This document shows, in pieces, positions 46,065 to 53,337 of a stretch of 53,337 nt of DNA. A program made the translations under genes and the position numbers. Below the pieces are notes generated by a model. It saw only the letters and a list, made by a program, of their open reading frames with translations, ran no database searches and was not told where the DNA came from. Location: positions 1-53,337 of the IMG/VR virus record IMGVR_UViG_3300031999_000027; one strand, 5' to 3'. Each line of letters starts with the position of its first letter. Positions within the stretch are counted from its first letter, which is position 1. The stretch is from a virus (lineage: Duplodnaviria; Caudoviricetes).

Positions 46065-46544
46065 CTACTTGGTTAGAGCTAGCTTAGCCCGGCGATCGGC
46101 GATCAGCCCCATCAACGCCACTATCTCGGGGTCTTCGGTCTCAGTACTCCCACGAACTAGAACCTTCTTCCCCTCATCGGGAGTGTATCCTCTAGCTTCC
46201 AACTCTGGAATGTACTTAGCTAGACCGATCAAACAGGGCTTCTCTATAGCTTCCTCATACGTCAGAATCAGATCATAATCACTCGCCAATTTGACATCCT
46301 CTATAGGGGCCGATGCTTTCTCTTTGATCGTATGGTCCGATAACCACTTCTCCACGTCAGCCTTCTCTGGGAACCTGTCCTTATGGAACACCATCGATTG
46401 TATCGCCCAGTCATTCTTGCCTTTATACTTGCCAAAGACGAATGATACCCCTCCATTCGTTTCCTTTGTTCTGAACTCCTCAAACAGACCAGGATCTCTA
46501 ACCCTGTGTCTCCAAGTGTTCTCTTTTTCCTCAATTCCCGGCAT
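46065..46544 (-). CDS. head morphogenesis-associated hypothetical protein
   Basis: RHRVRDPGLFEEFRT...QSMVF.K...KWL..H domain between the portal and protease genes. Confidence 0.55.
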   Translation of the reverse strand: MPGIEEKENTWRHRVRDPGLFEEFRTKETNGGVSFVFGKYKGKNDWAIQSMVFHKDRFPEKADVEKWLSDHTIKEKASAPIEDVKLASDYDLILTYEEAIEKPCLIGLAKYIPELEARGYTPDEGKKVLVRGSTETEDPEIVALMGLIADRRAKLALTK

Positions 46545-46578
46545 TTAATCAACTCCTTTTAAGATTCACAATTACCCC

Positions 46579-48072
46579 CTATGTTTTCTGATTCGCTTTA
46601 TCCGACTGGGGGGTCTGAACTTTGTCCTTGGATTGTGGAACACCTCTCTTAATTTGTGCGGCGGTCTCATCAGGGGAGTTCGCGTTGGGCCCTGTAGTAC
46701 TACCAAATGGCCCAGCAGAAGGTCCCTTTCTCATCGCAATCTCTTCCTCAAGGAGTACTCTATCGTCCTCCGTGAGAGGATCCTTCCCTAGAACCTCCCT
46801 CATTTCGTTAATCGTATATATATTCGCAGATGCGAGCACAGCTACTTGTCTCGTCAGGGATTCTACGTCCTTTGGTAGGATCAACTGTAGTTTGATGTCT
46901 AATTCTTCAGCCTCTAGAGTGTTCCCTAAGGCTTCTCTTAGAAGCACCAAGAGATAGTTCTTGATCAACTGGGCGAGGAACTCCGCCATCAATTGCTCTA
47001 TAGACGCGGCAACAAGTTCCGCTGCGAAACTCTCCTTGGTCTGAGATACCGACTTAACAAAGTAAGTGTCTTGTACTCCTTGTGCGAGTTGCTTCAATAG
47101 CTCGTTCGGTGACACGTAAGTCGTCGACTTGGGTTCTATAATATTAATGTCAACCCCTTTGACCTCTCCTACCTTCGGCGTGACATATCCCTGATCAGGC
47201 ATTTGATTCTTTAACTTCGCAATGTACGCTTCGATAGCCTTCGCACCAGCAACTAACGCTGCAGCTCGGCGTTCGGTCATCGTATCACCATCATACTGAT
47301 CGGGATTTAGCACATCCGTCAGATCAATCTCATGATGTTCCCTTGGGAGGTAGAGCTTCCTCCAGATCATATCATTGACTATCGTGCTGAGTCTCCAAAG
47401 GATAATCGGCCGAAGAGCCTCAAGGGGGCTTTGAGACCAGATCCCCCAAGTCAGCCTGTTCTGATTATCCGTGACCATTTCCGCGTCATTCGCCAGTGCT
47501 ATATGCATCACTTCTTCCGGCTTGTAGAGTTTCCGGCCGGGTTCTCCATAAAATTCATCAAATATATACACTCCCGGAGGTCCGGAGAGGATCTGCATAG
47601 ATGTTAGATCTTCCATCTTGTTCGCGGCTGTCATCATCTCCATAGGCAAGAAATCCAACCTATTAACATCCAAATGCTTTACCGCGATGACATCACCGTC
47701 AATGAGCAACCTCCTAGCAATCACGTAAAACCTCTGGTCGAACTTGAGATCCAACGCCTTTCTCTGAGCGGTTTTCAAGAACGTCTTTTCCTTGTCCTCA
47801 AGATCCTCCCCGGGATGGTACATAATCCCCTGGTAGCACCTTTCAACAAGGATTGACATCTTCATAATCGCGGTGTTTAGATCGGAGTCTCTCTTAACCA
47901 TGCGGTTATAAAGCTGATATTTATTAAGACCAGGCGCGAAAACCTCATCTAGGATCTCTGTCGCTCCGGGAATCCGATGGAACAACGCTGGGATGTCACT
48001 TAATCCGACGGTCATCTTGTCCCCATACAGGATTTTTAACTGACCAAAACTGATTTCCGGCATAGTTTTCAC
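46579..48072 (-). CDS. portal protein
   Basis: 497 aa directly after the large terminase; LLIDGD, EVMHI, GIWSQSPL, YTINEMREVLG. Confidence 0.85.
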   Translation of the reverse strand: MKTMPEISFGQLKILYGDKMTVGLSDIPALFHRIPGATEILDEVFAPGLNKYQLYNRMVKRDSDLNTAIMKMSILVERCYQGIMYHPGEDLEDKEKTFLKTAQRKALDLKFDQRFYVIARRLLIDGDVIAVKHLDVNRLDFLPMEMMTAANKMEDLTSMQILSGPPGVYIFDEFYGEPGRKLYKPEEVMHIALANDAEMVTDNQNRLTWGIWSQSPLEALRPIILWRLSTIVNDMIWRKLYLPREHHEIDLTDVLNPDQYDGDTMTERRAAALVAGAKAIEAYIAKLKNQMPDQGYVTPKVGEVKGVDINIIEPKSTTYVSPNELLKQLAQGVQDTYFVKSVSQTKESFAAELVAASIEQLMAEFLAQLIKNYLLVLLREALGNTLEAEELDIKLQLILPKDVESLTRQVAVLASANIYTINEMREVLGKDPLTEDDRVLLEEEIAMRKGPSAGPFGSTTGPNANSPDETAAQIKRGVPQSKDKVQTPQSDKANQKT

Positions 48073-49574
48073 CTAATCATACTAAACGGAGCCATTAATG
48101 GCGGCACCCAAGGAGCGGCTGGCTCAGCATCCGCTGCCCAAACAAGATTACACACTGCGTCTGCTATGTCCTTCGACCCTCCCTTCGGGTGATCGACATG
48201 CTTTGCATTCAATTGAATAAGATTCTTCCATTCTTCCAGAAGTTTAGCATTCACACAACAGTGTAGCTGATTCGCATACTGGAGTTTTCTCAGAACTTCA
48301 TAATGTTCGAGTTTCACTAAATTATTGTAGACCTGTATCCCCCCAAGCTGTAACTCCTTTTGGAGCTCCGGATACTGCCAGGTATCAGAGACGAACGTCC
48401 TAACCCGAAGATCAGTTACAGTTTCTATAATGTCCTTCTTCACCGTCAGAGGGTTGATCTCCATCGCAACTCGCTTACCTAATTTTTTAATCATCATTTG
48501 CTCTCGAACAGCCTCCGGGGAGAATCTCTTGACACCGATCACGTAATACTCCCCAGAGTTCCGATCCTTATACCCCAACGCTAGACCGAAGGAATCCATC
48601 GTCCCCGCTGGGTCCGCGGATAATATCAACGTATCAGGGTTAGTTCGTTGCCTTGCTTTCCAATACGCCCATGATGTTCCCGACTCGAACACATTGTCAA
48701 TCGACGTGTCGAACGTCAGAATGCTCTCGTCCTTGTAGAATCTATCTACCGAAGCTTGAGGGATCGCGCCGTAGTCTCGCCAAAATGTAATCGGATCTTC
48801 CTTGAGCTTCGCCTGTAGGAACTCTCCATCGAACGGGAGATTAGGGTTTATTTCCCAAGTCGGTAACGGAGCGTAAACTTGTGCGTAGGGGTTATCCCTG
48901 TTCTGTTCTGCGAGCTGGTTCGCCTTCGACTCAGTATAAAGCGGGGAGGTAATAACAATGTTCTTTCCACTGAATTGAAAAGAGGTCGTCGATTTGGACA
49001 GCGAACTAAATACAAGTTCGGCGGATCGCTTGCCTTCTGTTCTCTCAAGCCTATCTAGTTCATCAAAGACGTTTGCTTTGACCGTTCTTCCCACAAGAGC
49101 CATCGCAGAGCTTAATCCTGCTTTGATCTCAACCGGATGCTTAGGGAACCTGATTTCATTCGCATAACACTCCGCGTTGTATTTCTGAAAAAACGGGGAG
49201 TTGGAGACAGAGCTCTTAACCGCGTAATAAATCGTATCCTCAGCTTGATCTTCGGATGTTGCCACACAAATGATGTAAAACTTTGAGTCTTTCTCCAGGT
49301 GATACTGTTCGTAGATATTCGGAGTTGTTAAGAGCGTAAACGCCTCATAACAGACGATATCTGCGGCTAGTCGAGTCTTCCCTCCCCTCATGCCCGCTAT
49401 AATCACCAAAAGGATGACCTTCGGATTCTTATAGAACGTCGAGAAGATGTGCTCCTGCATCGGATATGGTTTTCTACCAAGGAAATACGGGTCTTTAACG
49501 AAAGTGATAGGGTCCTCCTTCGCCTTCATCTCAAGAAACATCTGCATTGTAGAAGAGAGGACCATGTCAATCAT
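48069..49574 (-). CDS. terL: terminase large subunit
   Basis: PYPMQ, GMRGGKT Walker A, VFDE Walker B, ITSP; nuclease domain ADPA...DSFG...SKDIADA. Confidence 0.93.
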   Translation of the reverse strand: MIDMVLSSTMQMFLEMKAKEDPITFVKDPYFLGRKPYPMQEHIFSTFYKNPKVILLVIIAGMRGGKTRLAADIVCYEAFTLLTTPNIYEQYHLEKDSKFYIICVATSEDQAEDTIYYAVKSSVSNSPFFQKYNAECYANEIRFPKHPVEIKAGLSSAMALVGRTVKANVFDELDRLERTEGKRSAELVFSSLSKSTTSFQFSGKNIVITSPLYTESKANQLAEQNRDNPYAQVYAPLPTWEINPNLPFDGEFLQAKLKEDPITFWRDYGAIPQASVDRFYKDESILTFDTSIDNVFESGTSWAYWKARQRTNPDTLILSADPAGTMDSFGLALGYKDRNSGEYYVIGVKRFSPEAVREQMMIKKLGKRVAMEINPLTVKKDIIETVTDLRVRTFVSDTWQYPELQKELQLGGIQVYNNLVKLEHYEVLRKLQYANQLHCCVNAKLLEEWKNLIQLNAKHVDHPKGGSKDIADAVCNLVWAADAEPAAPWVPPLMAPFSMIR

Positions 49575-49723
49575 CCCACAACGATCAAAACTATGCCTAA
49601 CACAGATCTAAGAACTCTTCCAGTTTGGAAATACCACGGATGGGTATCGTAATTCCAATAGACCATATTCGCAACTCCCTCACAGAGATAGAACAACCCT
49701 ATAAGTTTGATAGTCAAATTCAT
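49571..49723 (-). CDS. small membrane protein (50 aa)
   Basis: Hand translation MNLTIKLIGLFYLCEG...VLGIVLIVVG; stop overlaps the terL start. Confidence 0.4.
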   Translation of the reverse strand: MNLTIKLIGLFYLCEGVANMVYWNYDTHPWYFQTGRVLRSVLGIVLIVVG

Positions 49724-49793
49724 TTCTTGACACTCTTCTTCATAGGATGTCTTGCGAAGAGACTAATCCAGTGCTTATCAACCAAAATTAATG

Positions 49794-49991
49794 TCACTTC
49801 TCAAAGAACTGCTTCGACCAGCCAGCCCGTTTGACTTTCTTCTCTACACTAGTGTTTTTCTTCGTTGGTTTCGGAGAAACCCACCCGCCCATCAATATCC
49901 CAGAATAGTTATCATGTGGGGCTATCAAAGTTGTGCCGTTCTCAGTCCAACCTTCCCACATTGGAACACAATCATTGGCGGCGTCACTCAC
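49794..49991 (-). CDS. hypothetical protein
   Basis: 65-aa ORF coupled to the upstream gene. Confidence 0.45.
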   Translation of the reverse strand: MSDAANDCVPMWEGWTENGTTLIAPHDNYSGILMGGWVSPKPTKKNTSVEKKVKRAGWSKQFFEK

Positions 49992-50512
49992 TTTTGACCC
50001 AACTCCTTGCTCAAGAACGCAAGAACCTTCGCACGATCCTCAGGACAGAGCTCCGACATTATGAAATTCTGCAGTTGGTTGATCTGATTCTGTTGAATCC
50101 TGAGCTCAACGATATATTTGGTTTCGATGTCACCGTTCAACTCCGCTATCGTTCGTGCGGATTGTCTGATCTCCTTCACTAGATTCATTGCTGGGCCAAT
50201 CAACGACAAGTCAAACTCCCCGATGGAGTCGAGTTTCTCCAGCAAACTCGTCGCAATCTTGTCCATCTTGTTCGATAATCGTGTCAAAACCCCGACACCA
50301 TCGAGAGTTTTCTTCTCCACAGCGCAAATAGCATCCCCGGAACCTGTCGTGACCCTGATGTGTTCTTTAAGATGCTTCTCGAAAACATCCCTATCCTCAA
50401 TATTCAATCTCCGCATAGCTTCTGTCACAGAGATTGCTGATGTCAAAACTAGATTAACGATGTTCATATTCTGCGGATTAGCGCATATCGGACAATCAGT
50501 CACTCGTAACAC
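49988..50512 (-). CDS. putative terminase small subunit
   Basis: N-terminal CPIC...H...H Zn/HTH-like region then helices; first gene of the packaging operon. Confidence 0.6.
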   Translation of the reverse strand: MLRVTDCPICANPQNMNIVNLVLTSAISVTEAMRRLNIEDRDVFEKHLKEHIRVTTGSGDAICAVEKKTLDGVGVLTRLSNKMDKIATSLLEKLDSIGEFDLSLIGPAMNLVKEIRQSARTIAELNGDIETKYIVELRIQQNQINQLQNFIMSELCPEDRAKVLAFLSKELGQK

Positions 50513-50581
50513 CCCATCGAACTTCGCCTACTGGGCACTCCAGCGCCAGGAGACCTCTGTATGAGATAGGCACCCTGAGAG

Positions 50582-50592
50582 TTATAAATCCT
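50582..50592 (-). promoter_or_regulatory. late promoter TATA motif AGGATTTATAA
   Basis: Identical to 46040-46050; about 70 bp upstream of 50512. Confidence 0.6.
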
Positions 50593-50760
50593 TGGATCAT
50601 AGATCAACAGGCGATAGGCTTTGGGTTTTTCGGAGTTCTAAAAAATTACACTGCTGAGTGAGCGACAGGTTAGTTGAGTGCCGGAAGTTTTAACTAGGGT
50701 CCTCACATTATTATTGAGTATCAGCATCCTAAATCTGGGTGTTAGATATTCAACAGAGAG

Positions 50761-51075
50761 ATGAATGAAATGAAAACAACTACAGAAGTAGTTAGAGATA
50801 TGCCTGAAACAAAAGAAAGTAATGAAGTAAACTTCATACTTCTAGGGAGAGATGATACAGCAACTAGAATCAGACATAGTAAATTTATATCTGATATAGT
50901 ACCAAGATTGAGAAGTAAGAATGTAACTTGTAATCAGCTAGTTAAATCTTACTCAGCATCAGTTAGAATAATCAGCTATCAGTATATGTATCATATATTA
51001 GAAGATCTAGTTAGTATGAAGATATGCAAGAAAACTTATAACAAGAGCTTAGGATGTAATGAATACAAATTCTAA
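50761..51075 (+). CDS. winged-helix-like protein, paralog 1 of 4
   Basis: FILLxR...PxL...VT..QL...QYMYHILE...C.K..N.SLGCNEY.F. Confidence 0.75.
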   Translation: MNEMKTTTEVVRDMPETKESNEVNFILLGRDDTATRIRHSKFISDIVPRLRSKNVTCNQLVKSYSASVRIISYQYMYHILEDLVSMKICKKTYNKSLGCNEYKF

Positions 51076-51540
51076 ACTGATGAAGAGTGAGAAAGTTATA
51101 CTTTCTGCTAGAATCTGTATTTTAGATAGAGAGACTAGAAGTAAGCATGTATCTTCTAGTCCTATACTAAAAGTATAGATTCAATAGAGATATTGAATAA
51201 GATATGCAGAGATGAAACAAATGAAAACAACGAATGTTGTATCTGAAGTTATGCCTGAGACAAGAGAAGTAGAAATTGAATCTGTAGAAGTAGATTTCAT
51301 ACTTCTAGATAGAGATGTAATTGAACGCAGCGTTAGAGAAAGTAAATGGGATAAGTATATATTACCGAAGTTAAGAGGTAAGCTTGTAACGAAGCGTCAG
51401 TTGAAGAGTAGTTATGAAGCAACCTTCGGTAAGATCAGTGATCAGTATCTGTATCATATATTAGAACGCTACGTAAGTAAGAAAGTATGCACGAAGAAGT
51501 ATAACAAGAGCTTAGGATGTAATGAATACAAATTCTAAAC
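51037..51540 (+). repeat. 41-bp perfect direct repeat (51037-51077 and 51500-51540)
   Basis: tataacaagagcttaggatgtaatgaatacaaattctaaac at the 3' ends of paralogs 1 and 2. Confidence 0.9.
51212..51538 (+). CDS. winged-helix-like protein, paralog 2 of 4
   Basis: Same motifs as 50761-51075. Confidence 0.78.
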   Translation: MKQMKTTNVVSEVMPETREVEIESVEVDFILLDRDVIERSVRESKWDKYILPKLRGKLVTKRQLKSSYEATFGKISDQYLYHILERYVSKKVCTKKYNKSLGCNEYKF

Positions 51541-51806
51541 AGTTGAAGAGTTATGATTTCTTCGTTGAGTGGAGGTTGATGAATGTACAACTGATGATCG
51601 ATTATCGAAGAGCGTTCTATAGCTACGCCCGCTACATATATACGAGCTTTAGATTACAGATGCTCGTGTGTATGATGATTAGGGTCACAAACCCTAGTCA
51701 GAAGCATTCCGCCTGTAGTCTTATCATCTATATATTATATAACGTTATATATAACCTGTAGATAGGGTAGGAGGAACAACCTTCTATCCCTACAAGGTGT
51801 AGAAAC

Positions 51807-52127
51807 ATGACACAAGGTGTAGAAACCAAGAATGTAGGCCTTATACAAGAGAAAGTTGAGAACGTAGAGTTCACGTTACTTCCTAGAGATGAGATTGAAT
51901 CTCGTCAGAGGAGTAGCTACTGGAATGATATCGTTCTACCGAAGTTGGTTGGTAATATAGTTACCAGCAGCCAACTGCGAAAGTCGCTCAAGGCGGTAGG
52001 TAAAGAAGTCAGCCAGCAGTATATGTATCATATACTGGAGAAGTGGGCCGCGAAGGGAGTCTGCAAGAAGAGACTGAATAGTAGCTTAGGATGCAACGAG
52101 TATGAGTTCAAGAAGCCGTCGAAGTAA
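51807..52127 (+). CDS. winged-helix-like protein, paralog 3 of 4
   Basis: FTLLPR, VLPKL, QYMYHILE, SLGCNEYEF. Confidence 0.78.
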   Translation: MTQGVETKNVGLIQEKVENVEFTLLPRDEIESRQRSSYWNDIVLPKLVGNIVTSSQLRKSLKAVGKEVSQQYMYHILEKWAAKGVCKKRLNSSLGCNEYEFKKPSK

Positions 52128-52338
52128 GAAGACTAATGAGACGGAGATCAAGAGGAGGTGAAACAATGAAAGGCTATGAACTAGGTGAGTGTCACCCGAA
52201 GTTGAACTCTAGTGTGGTTATAGTTACAATAACTAAGTAGTTGAGCTGAAGAAGCGATGAGACACGAGATAGGTCCTGGTGATTTATTGAAGAATACTCT
52301 CGAGATGATGAGAGAAGTAGATAGGCAGGTAAGAACAA

Positions 52339-52644
52339 ATGTCTGCAAACAATAGCCTGAAGAATGTAGTACTCGCTGAAGAAGCGTCCACAGTTGAGTT
52401 CGTTCTACTCCCTAGAGAGACGGTTGAACGATCTCAGAGAGTATCGAAGTGGGATAAGGTGATCCTACCGAAATTGAAAGGTAAGAGCGTCACCATCCAC
52501 CAGATGATGGATTCATTAGAGAAGATGGAAGGTAGGAAACCCAACAGAAACTACGTCTACGCGAAGATGAATAGATGGGTCGCGCAGGGCGTATGTAAGA
52601 AAGTCTCAGCGGGAGCGTACGATAAGTACGTATTCCCAAAGTAG
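52339..52644 (+). CDS. winged-helix-like protein, paralog 4 of 4
   Basis: FVLLPR, SKWDKVILPKL, GVCKK; most divergent copy. Confidence 0.75.
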   Translation: MSANNSLKNVVLAEEASTVEFVLLPRETVERSQRVSKWDKVILPKLKGKSVTIHQMMDSLEKMEGRKPNRNYVYAKMNRWVAQGVCKKVSAGAYDKYVFPK

Positions 52645-52645
52645 A

Positions 52646-52852
52646 GTGAGGAGAGAGAAAAGAATGAAAGTACCAAGAGTAACAAGAAAAGCAGGAAACG
52701 TTGTCTTATACATGAGAGAGAAAGAGGATGCAGAGATGCTGCTGCTAACTCTAAAGAGAGTGCAGAGATACGATCACAACAGAGGAGTTAGTGATCACAA
52801 CGATAGACATTATGCAATCGACGGCATCATTGAAGTGTTAGAGGAAATATAG
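52646..52852 (+). CDS. hypothetical protein
   Basis: 68-aa ORF following paralog 4. Confidence 0.45.
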   Translation: MRREKRMKVPRVTRKAGNVVLYMREKEDAEMLLLTLKRVQRYDHNRGVSDHNDRHYAIDGIIEVLEEI

Positions 52853-53337
52853 AACAAGCAGAGGGAACAAGATGATAGATAATACATCATCACGGTCCGG
52901 AGTTAACATAGCTCGAGCTCTAGACGATCAACCACCGATACATCTATTGCTCCCATATATAGACGAACGCAATTCGAAGTCGCGAGTGGCGAACGATTTA
53001 GGGACCCTAAAAAAAATCTCATTCCTACGAGTTTAACCATTCTACGTCCAAGTTGTTCATAAACAGTAACTATACGTATAATTTATACGTATTTTTCCTC
53101 TCATATATTTAAACATGCTCCTACTACTATGAATACTACTACCATGATTATTCTCATTACTTCAGTATATAGTACATACTCAATAATACATACTATATAC
53201 AGTACAGTATATACCTAGTAATTACCCAATCCTACAACACATACATTATCATCCGTCATAATATTGAACATAATACCTACGACGAATGCGTCCGCCTGAC
53301 GATCAGACAGCGATATAGTCCATAGTTAGTGTATATA

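Larger units (their letters stand above)
1..53337. mobile_element. Tailed virus (Caudoviricetes, siphovirus-like) genome, probably infecting an archaeon; complete or near-complete
   Basis: Ordered terminase-portal-protease-capsid-neck-tail tube-chaperone-tape measure-tail tip cluster with no sheath gene seen; PolB, MCM-like, XPF-like and RPA-like genes; no host housekeeping genes; no integrase recognised. Confidence 0.92.

Noticed and set aside
1-53337. tRNA genes, integrase/att sites and terminal repeats
   Set aside because: None recognised by eye and the two ends share no obvious repeat; tRNAscan and read mapping would be needed to exclude them

Overview
The window looks like a complete or near-complete (~53 kb) genome of a tailed (Caudoviricetes, siphovirus-like) virus. 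The host is most likely an archaeon: family B polymerase, MCM-like helicase, XPF/ERCC4 nuclease, RPA-like protein, TATA-box promoters and GGTGA/GGAGG ribosome-binding sites. Three blocks are visible. (1) Plus strand 47-22947: early, replication and recombination genes; a 7-deazaguanine DNA-modification pathway (queC, queD, queE, folE plus a DpdA/TGT-like gene); a putative papain-peptidase/holin lysis cassette; and a radical SAM/SPASM + DUF483-like + two-glycosyltransferase operon. (2) Minus strand 22923-50512: terminase, portal, protease, capsid, a fibre island, neck, tail tube, frameshifted tail chaperone, tape measure and tail-tip genes. (3) An AT-rich plus-strand block, 50761-52852, with four paralogous winged-helix-like genes and a non-coding end. 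The best candidate for an undescribed system pairs the radical SAM/SPASM enzyme, which has six H-x-D motifs in its own C-terminal tail, with the last gene of the tail operon. That gene encodes a 448-aa protein built of about 80 H-x-[D/N] tripeptides, the same aromatic-X-D/N pattern used by cyclophane-forming (triceptide) RiPP maturases. This suggests RiPP-like His-Asp/Asn cross-linking of a virion protein. All family assignments come from motif recognition by eye and all counts are manual; no database searches were run.
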